Origin: Lama guanicoe
Taxonomy: Eukaryota
Direction of reading: 5' to 3'
Assembly (NCBI GenBank): GCA_013239625.1
Contig: MU057332.1
Location: 6,103,001 to 6,167,000, forward strand
Length of the DNA stretch: 64,000 bases
This document shows, one piece after another, positions 12,001-29,900 of the stretch. Numbering within the stretch: position 1 is the first letter of the stretch; each line of letters starts with the position of its first letter. Under the pieces are notes generated by a model. The model saw only the letters and a list, made by a program, of their open reading frames with translations, did not search any database and had not been told where the DNA came from. The translations under genes and the position numbers were made by a program.

Positions 12001-14103
12001 GTGGAACACGGGGGTGTGCTAGAGGAAGGTGGGCTCATGTAGCCCTAGGTGTCACTGTGCTTGTCAGTGGGTGTCCCTTGGTGGGTATGTATAAGGCACA
12101 GCAGCTCCTAGGGAGATGAGCCTTAGAACCTGAGACGCTGCCTCACCCCCTGACCTGTGTGTGTGTCTCTGTCTCTGCAGATGAGGCCCCTCCACCAGGC
12201 CCATTGCTCTTACAGGAGATGGAGGTACAGAGGCACCTGCATTCCCTACCCCAGGCTGATAGTCGTCTGTCTCGGCCCCNNNNNNNNNNNNNNNNNNNNN
12301 NNNNNNNNNNNNNNNNNNNNNNNNNNNNNNNNNNNNNNNNNNNNNNNNNNNNNNNNNNNNNNNNNNNNNNNNNNNNNNNNNNNNNNNNNNNNNNNNNNNN
12401 NNNNNNNNNNNNNNNNNNNNNNNNNNNNNNNNNNNNNNNNNNNNNNNNNNNGCCACTGCCTGATCGTCCTACCCTGGCCACATTCTCACCTGGTACCAAG
12501 GGCCGGGCCCCTGGTGAAGCAGAACAGCCTGGTTCCTCAGTTGGCCTAGGAAAGGCTCACAATACATCTGAGAGGCCGGCCTGTTTTGGGGAGGTTGCCA
12601 CTCCCAAGCCTAGGACAGAGTGCCAGGCTCAGCCTGGGCCCAACAGCCCCCATGCTCAGCAACTGCCAGTTAGCAGCCTCCTCCGAGGCCTTGAGAACTT
12701 GCAGCCCCTACCCCTTGAGAAGACTCCCAGCCCCATGGAATACACCAAGCCAGGGGCAGCCGTGAGCCGGGACTCAGGTGTGCACAGCTACCCAGCTCTC
12801 ACCTCCTGCCCCATCCTCTCTCTCCTGTCTCTGTTGGCCACTCTCTGGCTCCATCCCATTTTTGTGTGTCCAGCCTCTGGCGTCTTTCGTCCTGTCTGTT
12901 CCTGTCTGAGTCCATAAGTCACACCCCTGATGGTGAGACACTCCTGCCAACCTTCATGAGCTCCCTGTGGCCCACTTGCCCCTTCAGTGCCTTTTAGCCC
13001 CTGGGACTGGGACTGGCCCTTTCCTCTTGACCTTGTTTTCTGTGTGGTGTTCGGAGGGTGTTGGGAAGGAAGGAGGCAAGAGGAAGGGACTGAGTGCAGG
13101 TGATGCTGGGGGTGGGGGTAGGCCTTTTTCACTCTGAGTGGCCCCTGGGTGGGGAGGACTGAAAGGGCAGCTTTGCCAGGCCTTACTGAGCTGTATCTGT
13201 CCTTCCCAGAACCAGCCATGAGCCTGGAGCAATGCGAACAACTTGTGGCAGAGCTCCAGGGCAGCGTGCGCCAGGCCGTGCGGCTCTACCACTTGGTACG
13301 TGTCAGGTACCCGCGGGCAGAAGGAAAAAGCATGTCGGTAGTGCGAGCTGAGTTTCCAGAACGTAATGATAAGGCTCTTGCATTGACGGGTGGGTGGTGC
13401 AATTAAGAACATTCTGAGGAGGCGAGTGGGTTAGAGGTCAGGGCTCTTAAACTGAGCACATTGGTCATTTCTGGCTAAGAGCTGGAGATATCCTCAGACA
13501 GGAGGGTGGGGTGTAGAGAGCCCACGTGTCCTAGTTTGCTCAGAACCATCCCAGCTTATGTCTGTTGTCTCAGTGTAATTATTATTCAAAAATGATTTGG
13601 CTATAGATGTAGGGGACAGTCCAGCAGAGGCCGAGAGTTGAAGAGGAATTGATGACAAGATGTAGATGGTGCCATAATCTGATGGTCACCCCCAGGGTCT
13701 GCCGCCATCCCCTGGCCTCTGGTCATACCTGCTGATCTTGGGAGCATGGAGCTCCCAGCCATGCCCACCAGGGCATGTGGCCCCTTCTTCCAGGGCAGGC
13801 TAGACCCAGTGGGGCCTCTCCCTTTTATGCAGTCCTCCGCTGTTCCTCCAGCTCATTTCTGGGCTCCTGTTGCAGGTGTCCAGCTGCAAGACACCCTCAG
13901 TGGAGCAAAGTCGCATCACCCAGCTCCTCAGAAACACCTTCTCTTCAGTGCGGCAGGAGCTTGACATCCTGGCTGGGGCCGCAGTGTCCAGCCCAGGCGG
14001 GAGCCCTGGGGCAGTGGGGGCTGAGCAGACGCAGGCCCTGCTAGAGCAATACTCAGAGCTGCTGCTTCGAGCCGTGGAGCGGCGCATGGAACGCAGACTC
14101 TGA
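8..14103 (+). CDS. MAPKBP1: MAPK-binding protein 1 (JNKBP1; WD40-repeat scaffold), 5'-partial, 28 coding exons
   Basis: Exons with phase-consistent splice sites: 8-65, 821-991, 1378-1515, 1773-1955, 2197-2214 (microexon), 2539-2699, ~3477(gap)-3666, 4241-4387, 4588-4763, 5516-5607, 5876-6001, 6366-6436, 6610-6731, 6994-7069, 7183-7294, 7458-7521, 7779-7913, 8119-8249, 8442-8497, 9578-9814, 10265-10431 (GC donor), 10667-10812, 10931-11128, 11294-11378, 11678-11961, 12181-12777 (contains gap), 13210-13295, 13876-14103 (TGA). WD40 peptides ([46 protein letters not shown]), acidic [10 protein letters not shown] stretch, C-terminal coiled coil ([20 protein letters not shown]). Confidence 0.97.
214..409. 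mobile_element. MER5A-like hAT-Charlie DNA transposon (MITE)
   Basis: Terminal inverted repeats CAGTGGTT...AACCACTG; internal AGAATCACCTGGAGGGCTTGTTAAA and TTTGCATTTCTAACAGGTTCCCAG typical of MER5A. Confidence 0.85.
520..625. mobile_element. MER5-family fragment
   Basis: AGTGGTTCTCAACCCTGGCTGC...AGAATCAC 5' end. Confidence 0.6.
2895..3260. mobile_element. Probable old ERV LTR fragment (family uncertain)
   Basis: Compositionally distinct T/G-rich block in an intron that resembles an antisense LTR; family not resolved. Confidence 0.3.
3460..3655. other. Assembly gap (196 N) covering most of a MAPKBP1 WD40 exon
   Basis: The sequence after the gap reads (T)GG AGT GTG GAG|gtaggt = ...WSVE, phase 0 into the next exon VYPEVKDS. 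Confidence 0.9.
3880..4070 (+). mobile_element. MIR SINE
   Basis: GATCTTGGACAAGTTATTGAACCTGACCGAGCCTCATTTCTTCAGTGGTAAAATG...AGAATTAAATGA MIR core. Confidence 0.75.
4860..5420 (+). mobile_element. Old L1 (L1MC/ME-like) 3' fragment
   Basis: A-rich intronic block with L1 3'UTR-like motifs (AGTCTAGTCATGAGAAAA...CTCAAATTAAGG; GATGTTAACATTAGGGAAAGCTGGG...TTGCAACTTTTCT), ending AATAAA plus A-rich tail. Confidence 0.6.
9303..9510 (+). mobile_element. MIR SINE
   Basis: CTCTGGAGCCAGACTGC...TGTGCTTCAGTTTTCCCATCTGTAAA...GTTGTGAGGATTAAATGAG...GTGCCTGGCACACAGTAA. Confidence 0.85.
12280..12451. other. Assembly gap (172 N) inside MAPKBP1 exon 12181-12777
   Basis: The reading frame is the same on both sides (ORF 12159..12917). 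Confidence 0.9.
13515..13692. mobile_element. MER94/MER81-like hAT-Blackjack element
   Basis: TGTCCTAGTTTGCTCAGAACCATCCCAGCTTATGTCTGTTGTCTCAGTGTAATTATT...ATGGTCACCC end. Confidence 0.45.
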
Positions 14104-15057
14104 GTTCCAGAAGCCTGTCCCAAGTGAATGCTCCCCCTCTTCCAAACTGTAGCCCTTCTTCCATTCACCAAAACCTGTGGGGATGCTTGGAGTGGACAGC
14201 AGGGATCAGTGCTCAGAGGGGAAGCAGCTTTCCCAGCTGCTCCTCATGGGACCCCTGTATTTATTAATTTATTTCCCTGACTGTTGCCTCACTTTCTTGG
14301 AACTCCTGTCTCCACAGCCCTTCAAGTGGCTCATGCAGGGGTAGGTCTTGGGTGTCTTCGTCATCTTGGTGCTGTGAGGAGTAGGAGGGCAGCATGCCCC
14401 ATCTAGGGGAGAAGCTAGCCCTCTCTTCTTAGAAGCCATTTGAAATTACTGCAGGGATCAGCTCCCTGGAGTGGAGCACACACAGGGTATTCAGTGGGGT
14501 AGAGGTGAGAGGTGATCTGGTATCCATGCCCTTTAGCCAACAGCGGAGCTTTACCTCTACCTCCACTTCCCCTCCCACACCAGCTGCACTGCCCTGGCTG
14601 CCAGAGCAGGGGTTATCTGTTTCCCCCACTTCTTGGCAGTTCAGAAAGGCAGAGCCCTCTGGCCCTCCAGGGCACTCCCAGCCATCAGGAGGCTTGAGTT
14701 GGTATCAAGGCCTGAGCCCCCACATTCCACTCCCATTCCCCCTCCAAGAGGGCCCTAGCATTGTCTCTTCCTGTGCCCCCCTCTCTCTCCTGGCCGGAAC
14801 TTGTGGAGCCAGCTGTGGGACATTGCTGCAGGACAGTAAAGCCCTCTGCTGGGCATACATGAAGCCCTGGCCTCCTTTCCTCAGCTCCTTGACCTTCCCT
14901 GTCCTCCAGCCCTGGTCCCCAGCAGGTTGCTGGAGGCCACCTTCTCCCTGCATCCTGAGTGATGCCTAGTCAGAAGCCTGTGTTGGAACTTCCCTCATGG
15001 TTTACAGGGCGCTAGCCCACCTTCTAAGGACCTTGGTCACAGATGAAATCTATATAG

Positions 15058-15099
15058 ATGCACGCGCACACGCGCGCGCACACACACACACGTACGTAC
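15058..15099. repeat. (CG)n/(CA)n alternating purine-pyrimidine microsatellite
   Basis: ATGCACGCGCACACGCGCGCGCACACACACACACGTACGTAC. Confidence 0.9.
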
Positions 15100-16246
15100 C
15101 TACGTTGATGCTGGCTGATGTGTGCCTGGTTTCCTCTCATGGCCTGCCCTAGCTTTACCACCTTGCTACTATCAAAGAACGTGAAAGGGGATGGAACACA
15201 CTAAACCTGAATTCTGGATTCTTGGTGTCTGCAGCCTAGCGGAGATGGCCCATAGTTTATCTGGTTTGAGTAGAAGGAGCCTCCTCAGAGGCAGTGCTGG
15301 ACACCCAGGGGTGCTCTGGATACTGGAGGTTGAAGAGAGGGAGGTGCATGGGACTGCAGCAGGGGTCAAGAGACACACTGGAGAGGTGGTAGGTGGGACA
15401 GGTAAGTGGTAGAGGTAAGGAGATAGATGATAATTAGAAGGGCAGTTTTAGAGGTGAGGAGATAGGGCACAGTGGGCAAGTAGAGTAGGACCAAGTAGTG
15501 AAGCGAAGAGTTGGGGTAAAGAATATGTGTCTCTGGGCCCCACTGCTTCCCTCTGTCTCAGGTAAGTCAGGGCAGCTCTGCCACAGCTCTAGGCCACTAA
15601 AGCCCATCTTCCCATGGACAGGCCTTTGGGCCCTGCTGGCTTTACTGGTGGAGGCTTAGAAAGAAATTGGATTCTGAAGGGTGCCAGCTCTGTTGCATCA
15701 GTCTGAATGCACCTGAACAGATGAAACTTATTTCACCCTCACTTTCTCTGTTATCACCACCTGCGTCACCAAGCCGCAAAGAATCCTGGCCCAGGAACTC
15801 TCACAGCTGAGGGTGGATACCCGGCAGGGCTGCAGCTGCCCGGGTCAGATTAGAAATCCACTCACAGGGTACGCCTAACCAGCACACCAGCCACAGTCCA
15901 CCCTAAATGAGCTCAGGCCTGGCCCTCTGGGTTCTTCACCATCCTCAGCTAGTCTGTCCCTCATAGAAGGAGCTACACTCCTGCCAAGGTTTGTGAGAAG
16001 GTGGCCGCCCTTTCCCTACCCCAAGCCCAGCGTGGGGGAGGTCTTGCGCCCGTTCCCTTCTGCATGTCTGAGGCCACCGGCAACTGCCGCCCCCGTTGAG
16101 ATTTGCCCTGACCCAGTTTTGAAAGACCCTTATTTATAACTTTTATACTTTGTCCAGGCCTTGGCCCTTCCCTCCTCCCCAGGTCTCATGGGGCAGAGGC
16201 TGTTTTTTTTTTAACATGTTCGTTTGTATTGATGTATGAACTCGTC

Positions 16247-16252
16247 AATAAA
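16247..16252 (+). terminator. MAPKBP1 poly(A) signal AATAAA
   Basis: Canonical hexamer preceded by a T-run and TGTA motifs (16224, 16233). Confidence 0.8.
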
Positions 16253-16528
16253 CACAATCATTTGCTAATTCTGGGATGCCCTGGAGTGAGCAGGCGAGAG
16301 AAGGCACGGTTTCTAGCTCGCCGCTTGGATTCAGAATCTGTCGTCATGTCGGGGCGGGGGAGGAGGCTGCTAAAGTCAGCGGTAGGAGGAGCACAAGGTG
16401 TAGGGGAGGGCTGGGAGCCTGGCGGGCTGCAGGACCGAGCCCTGGAGCGAGGCCGCGGGGAGGGCGGGGCTTCGGGGCCGGGGCGGGGTCTCAAGGAGGG
16501 AGGGGCGGGGCCTCGGGGCGGCGGCATC

Positions 16529-22458
<5,930 letters not shown>

Positions 22459-22724
22459 CAAAGCCCTGGTGAACGTCACCAAGACAACTCGTGGAAAAGG
22501 TCGTGCCTGTCCCAGGCTGGGTCAACTCTAGAGGCAACTTGGAGTCAGAGCTGCTGGCTGCTGGCCCTGCTGGGCTTAGGGTCAGCTTTGGAGGCTGGGG
22601 AGGCGGTCTGGAGGACCAGGAGGTGCCAGGCAGGTCTGGGCTCCCTGGGAGTTGGCGCATGGGTCAGCAGCCTGTGCTGGAGGGGGAACGGGGCTCCAGG
22701 TGCAGCCTCGTCTCGCGCCAGCGC

Positions 22725-22870
22725 CATGACCTTGGGCGAGTTACTGCCTCAGAGCACTGGTGTCCTGTCTGTAAAATGGAGATAATGACGGTTCCTACCT
22801 CACGGGTGTTGAAGATGATATCTGTAAGGATGACACAGGTCTGGCACAGGGGAGGTATTCAATAAAAGGC
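22725..22870 (+). mobile_element. MIR SINE in the JMJD7 3' UTR
   Basis: GACCTTGGGCGAGTTAC...TCTGTAAAATGGAGATAATGACGGTTCCTACCTCACGGG...CTGGCACAG...TCAATAAA. Confidence 0.8.
22861..22866 (+). terminator. JMJD7 poly(A) signal AATAAA (MIR-derived)
   Basis: The only canonical hexamer seen between the JMJD7 stop and the PLA2G4B promoter. Confidence 0.75.
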
Positions 22871-23809
22871 AGCTGTGATTCACTAGTGCTCAGACTCCCT
22901 CGCAGTTGCCTGCTGTGGTCTGGTGAGGGCTGGAAGGTTTAGGTGACCTTGGTTGGGGTGAGGGCTGGGTCTAGGCTGGGGCCTGAGGACCTCTCTGCTG
23001 CCAAGACCCCTCTATCCAGGACGGCCGTTGCAGCACCCCTGGGCAGGCCGGCCTCAGGCCTGTAACTCTGGCGTGGAACTCATTGACGCAGGGCCCGTAA
23101 AGCTCTTCCTAGCTTTGCTCTGGCCTTGCTTGCTCTCCTCCGGCTGGGGCCTGGTGCCCCGAGAGTCACCCTTTTCTCTCTCACAACAAGCACAGGAAGA
23201 AGGGGACAGAACCCTCCTGAGGCTGCTCCCCAGATGAAGGAGTGGGTTTCTACACTCAGACTCCCGCCCTGCCCCACCCTGGCCCTGGAGACGGAGGAGC
23301 CCCCTTGCCCAGGAGCCAACCCAGAGGCCTCCTCCCCAGCCACCCAGCTCCAAGGTGGAGGCAGCCTGGCATGCGGCTTTCAAGGGCTGTTTCCTGGAAC
23401 AAGCCGCAGCCCTGCCAGGTTGTGCTGGGGCTTGGGGCGCTCCTCAGATTGGCCAAGCACTTCAGTCGGGACTGGGCTGTTCAGTCACCCTGGCACCAGG
23501 CGGTTGCGAAAGGCCCTATGCTGGGGGACACAGCTCTTAGATTTGCTGCTGCTGCTCCGGGGCCCACTCCCTGCTTCCTAGACCTCAGCAGCCCCTCCAG
23601 GGACCCCTCCAGTCTCGCGCGCAGCCTTTGACATTGAGGTCTCCTGGGGGCCCCTCTAGGTCCAGGCAGGGAGAGCAGGGCCGGGTGGGTAGGTTAGACC
23701 GAGATGGTGATGGCTGGAGAGAATATCTTCCCGTGTGTTGAGCCCCCATCGTGAGGGTGTCAGTGACTCCATGTATGTTTAAGGTGTCTCATTTCCCAGA
23801 CAGGTGGTT

Positions 23810-23972
23810 GGTCCGGGTGTGGGTGTGGGGCTTGGCTGGAGCGGAGGTGGCTGGGAGGAACAGGGAGGAGCTTGGGACTAGCTGGGACATCCCTGGCTCT
23901 GGGTTAAAAAGCTGACAGTCCTCAGTCCTGCAGGCACAGCCCGTCATTCTTGCCTCCCGAGGACTCCACCCC
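23810..23972 (+). promoter_or_regulatory. PLA2G4B core promoter and 5' UTR
   Basis: GT/CACCC boxes GGGTGTGGGTGTGGGG (23815-23830), TATA-like TTAAAAA (23904-23910), then ACCCCATGG at 23973. Confidence 0.55.
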
Positions 23973-26900
23973 ATGGCTCTGGTAAGATATGGTTGGGCAC
24001 TGGTCCCTCTGGGGCCGGCTTAATGCTGTTTTTTAAGGGAGTCGTGAGCTTCTCCAGGCGTTTGCTGGCCTTGGACCAGGGATGGGAGCAGAAGCCCGGG
24101 AAGGGGCAGGGTCTTGGGATGAAGGGTCATCCTGAGTTCTTTCTGCCCTAGAGATGGACTCTAGGCAGAGCTCCCTGGCACCGTGGACTTGGACCCTGAG
24201 AACTCAGGCTCCCAGCTGCTGTCCTGGGGCCCCAGAGGAAGTGGCTGCTCCAGTGTTCCTTGTGACTCAGTTGCTTCGGGTGTTGGGGCCCCAGGGCTGA
24301 CACTGATGGATGAGCTTCCCCAGCTCTGCCCCTGGACTCCATCTGTCAGAGCCCTTCTGAGGCAGGGCTGAAGGCCAAAAGGAAGAATTGGTTGGCGCAG
24401 GGTCTACATCCCCATACCCAGAGTCGTGGGTTTGGATGGGGTCACCTGGGGACTATCTTTAGCCTGAACTTGTAGGACCTGGAAGATGGGACAACCTGTG
24501 GGTCATCTGAACTGGTAACTGCCATCCTAGCCTAGTGGAGAGCCCTTTCCAGAACTGTCCCCGGGCCAGGGGTGGAGAGCACAGAAAGCAGCTCAACCAG
24601 GGGCCCTGACGTACCTCTCCGTCTGCCTCTGTAGCCTTATGTCCACACCCCTCCACCACACTGGGACCCCCCGCCACCCAAGACCAGCCTCAAGGCTGCT
24701 TAGAAAAAGGGAGCCGGGGACGTGGAATGGCAAGAGTGAGGATACCATACCAGGAACTGGAAGCAGGGAGGTGTCGGGTGAGAGCTCCAGTCAAGCTAGC
24801 CCGGTCCAGTCCTGGCCCTGGACCTCAGGGAAGCAACGACTTCGCCTTTCTGTGCCTCTCTTTCCTTGTGGGGTTGGTCATGATAAGTAGTCCCCACGCA
24901 TAGGGTGGTTGTGTGATTAAACTGAATTACTTTACATAAAGCCCTGGACCAGAGGCGGCCCGGAGTGTTGTGTAAGTGTCGACAGGCGTCATTAGGAGGT
25001 ACTGTGGCCTCATTTTGGCTCACAGCTGGTGGGTGGAGGACAGGCCTTTGGCTGGGCAGGGCAGGTCCTTTGATTCGGGATTAGGCCTCAGGGTGTCACC
25101 CCAGCCTCCCCTGGGCCCTTGTTGCTTTGGGGCCCATCAACCTGCAGTAAGCCGGTTTCTCCCTCCCTCCCTCTGCAGGCAAAGGTACCCGGGACATGCT
25201 TGCTCACCATTCGTGTCCTGCAGGCCCGTGGCCTGCCCTCCAAAGACTTAGGTGAGTGCTGGGTCCAGGGTGGGCAGTGGTTCTGCAGTGGGAAATGGAG
25301 TGGGGCAGGGCAGTGGGAAGAGGCGTCAGTAGGGCTGGGTGTGCAGGGGGTTCTTGGGGAGGGTGCTGAGAGAAGGTACCAGGTGGATCGTTGAGGTGGG
25401 GCCTGCACCTCCTGCCCCTAACCCAGCACCATTCTGTGGGTCTCTAGGTCCCCTGCTGGAAGAACATGGGCTCCGGGCAGCTGGACTGGGAAGGGCTCTT
25501 GGCCCTCACTGGGCACTTGTTCTTCTATCCCACAGTGACCCCCTCTGACTGCTATGTAACTCTGTGGCTGCCCACAGCCTCCAGCCACCAGCTTCAGACA
25601 CGCACGGTCAAGAACAGTAGAAATCCCATCTGGAATCAGAGCTTTCACTTCCGAATCCACAGCCAGCTCAAGGTGGGCGGGTGTCAGCCCTGCCCCTGCT
25701 CGCTGTCCCTGTCCACCCACTGCCACCATCCCCTCCCAGCCCCTTGTCCCCTGCCCCACCCCTCCTTCCTGCAGCGCCTTCACTCTGTTCCCCTTTCAGA
25801 ACATTGTGCAACTCAAAGTCTTCGACCAGGACCTCCTGACCAAGGATGACACCCTGTTGTCAGTGCTGTTTGACGTGGGGACTTTGCGGACGGGAGAGTC
25901 CCGGCACGAGACTTTCTCACTGAACCCTCAGGTAAGGCTGTGCGCAGGGCGGCAGGGGCCTAGGCCCTGGGAAGGGGGTGCTTTGGTGGGTAGCCAGGAA
26001 CATGGCTTCTTTCTCCAATGAGTGGCCCAGGCTTCCCTGGCATCCCAGAGGCCTCTGTCAGCCAAGAGCTACTGTCCACCAGAGAGCAGTCCTATCCTCA
26101 TTGTTTTTCTTGGTCCCTCTTTGTAACTTGCTGCTTTCTCTCTCCAGGGCAAGGAGCAGCTGGAAGTTGAATTTCGGCTTCAGAGTCTGTGAGTTGGGCC
26201 AAGGGGCGGTTCCTGTGTGGGAGGGATTCCAGCGCACGCAGAGCTGACACCCTTCCTGGGAGGCACCAGGGTGGAGGAAAGCCCAGGCCTCCTTGGAGGG
26301 TGAGAACCTGAGAACCTGGACTCTTCCTAAGGGTCAGTGGGGGCTCTTTCCAGGACAGACTGTGAGCAGCTGGTCAGCAACGGCATCCTGGTGGTGAGTC
26401 TAGAACCCTCCCTCTTGCCATCCTCTCACCGTCCTCCCCGGGCCTGAACTTTGTGCCCCACCATGGGGCTCAGGGGTAGAGCTGAGTGGGGGGCCCTGGG
26501 ATTTCAGTTCAAAGGGATACAACCCCAGCCTCATGATTGGTGACTCAGGGCCAAGGTAATAATATGCTGAGGAGCAAGACCCAGGGTCCTGGGAGGGTGG
26601 GGTCTCCAATAGGAGAGGGGCTCGAGTCTGAGGGGCTCTCTTCATGCCCCAGGCCCGGGAGCTCTCCTGCTTGCATGTTCGACTGGAGAAGGCAGGGGAT
26701 CAGAAGGGTGAGTCCCCCACCTTCTTCTTCTCCTTTCCAAGGGGACCCTGGAGGGAGGGGGCCTTGTACTAGCTGCCCTCAGCTCTCAGGCAGGAGCAGG
26801 GGTTGGAGGGAAAATCCACACCAGGGCTTTTCCCCGTAGTCCTCAGAGGGACTGTGGTGAGGGCTCCATCTTCCAGCCTAGGTCTGGGCCAGACCTCCAT

Positions 26901-29900
26901 CGCAGTAGAGATGGCCCCTTAGGTAAGACAGGGGCCTCTGTGGGGGCTCCCATTCCTAGCCTCTCTGCTCTGGTTCCTGTTTCCAGAGTCAGAGGGCAGA
27001 GTTCAGCTGGTGCTTCCTGGGTCCCGTGAAGGTCCGCAGGAGGCCTCGGTGGAAGCCGGCTCCTTCTGCTTCCATTGCCCGGCCTGCTGGGAGCAGGAGC
27101 TGAGTGTTTACCTGCAGGTAGTGCACGGCTTCCTCCTGGGTGCCGGAGCTGCAGGGCCCCTCCGCCTCCTTCCCAGCGCCTCCTGCCAGCCTGTCCCTCT
27201 GCTCACCCTGAGCCCCACCCCCCATCAGAGTCAGGCACCTGGGAAGTGTGGAGTCGACCTGTCTCCTGTCCCCCTTCCTATTGCTTTTCTGTCACTCCCA
27301 GGGGCCGTTGGTGAGGTCCCTGCTGGAACGGAGGGGTGGAGATTCTTAGGTCTTCTTTCATCCTCCCTGCAGGACGCCCCCCAAGAGCGTCTGAAGGTAC
27401 CCTTGAGGGCCCTGCCCTCTGGCCAAGTGGTGAGACTCGTCTTCCCTACGTCCCAGGTACTGGTCACCCAGAGAAAGAAAGACAGATGCACGGGCAAGGC
27501 TGGGCCCAGGCCCCAGGCCTTGAAGGGCTGGCCTGCTTCTCTAGCAGCTTCTGTCCTCAGGCCCTGACCTGGACAAGTGCTGGGCCAGACTCTGGGGAGG
27601 GGGTCCTCTGAGCATCCCTGCCCTCGGGCCTCAGACCTGGCCCCTGTGGAGATGGCTGGGGCCCAAGGGAACATGGGGAAGTCCTGGGACATGGCTTGGG
27701 TTGGGATGAGGGAACAGAGTGGCCAATCTTTGTGACTGGAGTGTTCATGGTTTTCAGGAGCCCCTGATGAGGGTGGAGCTGAAAAAAGAAGAAGGGTGAG
27801 ATGCTGGCTGGGCCCTGGGGAAGGTCACGGGGGACAGCAGCCAGGGCATTCAGCCTGGAGGAGCGAGGGGGATGGGCTGACTCCTAGCAGAGATGCTCAG
27901 GGGTTGCTCCCAGGGTGAGGCATGAGGTGTGGGAGCCTCAGCAGATGAAAGCTCTTTTTGTCAACTTTTCACATGCGTTTTTGAAGCAGTCAGAGGGGTG
28001 TGTGCCTCGTCCTGTGCCTGGCACTTAGGAGGCACTTGCTAAATGTTTGGCTGGAAGAACAGGTGAAGATGGGAGAGTGGTGAGAGGCAGACGGCAGGAA
28101 GCTGAGAGGCGCGCAGTCAAGGCCCTTCGGGAGGCAGTTGTGGACGGGCCTCTGCTAACCTTCAGGAGACAAGAGGAGCCGCCCACACGGGCCCTCCGCA
28201 TGCCCGGGAGGCTAGCTTCCCACCATGAAGTGGTGGGAGCCCTGTTCCCCACCCACTTTGAAGTCATTTTTGGGTGGGTGACACACAACAGCTGAGAGGT
28301 GGAAGTGGATCAATGGTGTTGGGTCCCATCCAGGGGCCTCTGGTCACCACTCCTGGTCCTGTGCACCTGTTGGCTGCATTGCCCAAGGGTGTCCCCACAA
28401 GGGTCTGGGTTCACCTTCTCCCATCATCCACACACGTCACACTTCAGTCAGGGCACAGGAGCAGGGCTGAGAGTTGGGGAGAGGAGGGAGAGAAGGATGG
28501 TGGTGGGCCTTTCCGGGGAGGCAGGCCCAGCTTCCCCTTCTCTGACGAGGCCGGGAGCTGCCTCACGGTCCCTTCCTTCCCACCCAGACCGAGGGAGCTG
28601 GCCGTGCGGCTGGGCTGTGAGCCCTGCGCCGAGGAGCGGGCCTTCCTGAGCAGGAGGCGGCAGGTGGTGGCCAGGGCCCTGAAGCAGGCCCTGCAGCTGG
28701 ATGGAGACCTGCAGGAGGATGAGGTCTGGGGACTGGGCTGGATTGGGTGGGCGTCCCCCAGTTCAGTGCTGGATGCTGGGACCGGTTGTTCCCTAACCGG
28801 ACCAGAGCCGGTGCCGAGCCAGGCTTGAGCCCTGCTCTGCTTCCTGCTCACGTGCTGTTGTCAGGAGCTTGACGGCATCAAATGCAGAGCGTTACATGAG
28901 GCACCTGCAGCTTTCAAGCTGCCTCGCTGGGCTAGCTTTTCTTCTCATTGTTTCTTGATTCCTGGCCTGGTCCAGATTTTGAGACTAGGCCCAGTCTGAT
29001 GGATCAGTGAGACATACAGCCTGAGGGCCACCGGCTGGTCCAGGGCAGTCCCTGGAGGTTTGGATCGACCTGGTGCATCTCCTAAGGAAATGACCTCTCC
29101 TTGCGAGAGGGAGAGGGGTGGCCATGTGGGGGACCTGGGGGCCCAGGGGCTTCAAGAAAGCAACCACCAAACTCCTCAGGGGCTGGAGGTGAGGAGATGA
29201 GGACTGGAACTTGTCCGTTCTTCCTGGAGTTCTTAAAACCAGACAGGCCTTACCCTCGCAAGGTTACTTTTGACTAGACCCTTCTTAGGATGCCTGACTA
29301 GAACTGGTCCCGAAAGCCGTGATCAGATCTTGACCAGCCTTAGCTATGGGTGAGCTGAGTCGCCTCTTGGCTTGCTACCTCCTCTCCTGTGGCATGGCCT
29401 TCCGTCTTCCTAAGGCCTCTCTGAGCCTGGCTGTTCTCTCTTCCAGATCCCAGTGGTAGCTGTTATGGCCACTGGTGGTGGAATCCGGGCCATGACCTCC
29501 CTGTATGGGCAGCTGGCCGGCCTGAAGGAGCTGGGCCTCTTGGATTGCATCTCCTACATCACAGGGGCCTCTGGCTCCACCTGGTGAGCTGGCAGCAGGT
29601 CGAGTGCTGGAACCTGGGGGTGGCTAATTGGGTCTTGGCAGGAGGGTGTGGTGGTATGGCTCTCCTAGACTCCACAGGCCTCCCTGACCAACTTGGAGGG
29701 CTGGGAGAATGCACGTGCCAGAGAGAAACGTGTTCAAGTGGACCCGGGCCCCTGGATGGTGCTTGTCAGACTCTTGTCCTAGGGTACAGAGCCCAAGGCC
29801 TATGACGGGGCCCTTGAGTGATGATCCCTCTGGCTTTGGCTTTTCCCAGGGCTTTGGCTAGCCTCTACGAGGACCCAGAGTGGTCTCAGAAGGACCTGGC

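Larger units (their letters stand above)
14104..16275 (+). other. MAPKBP1: MAPKBP1 3' UTR (~2.2 kb)
   Basis: Runs from the stop codon to the first AATAAA found (16247); contains AU-rich elements. Confidence 0.75.

Noticed and set aside
16229-16528. In-frame N-terminal extension of JMJD7 (upstream ATG at 16346)
   Set aside because: It lies across the promoter GC boxes and the MAPKBP1 poly(A) region. The ATG at 16529 gives the expected 316-aa protein, and openness is expected in a CpG island.
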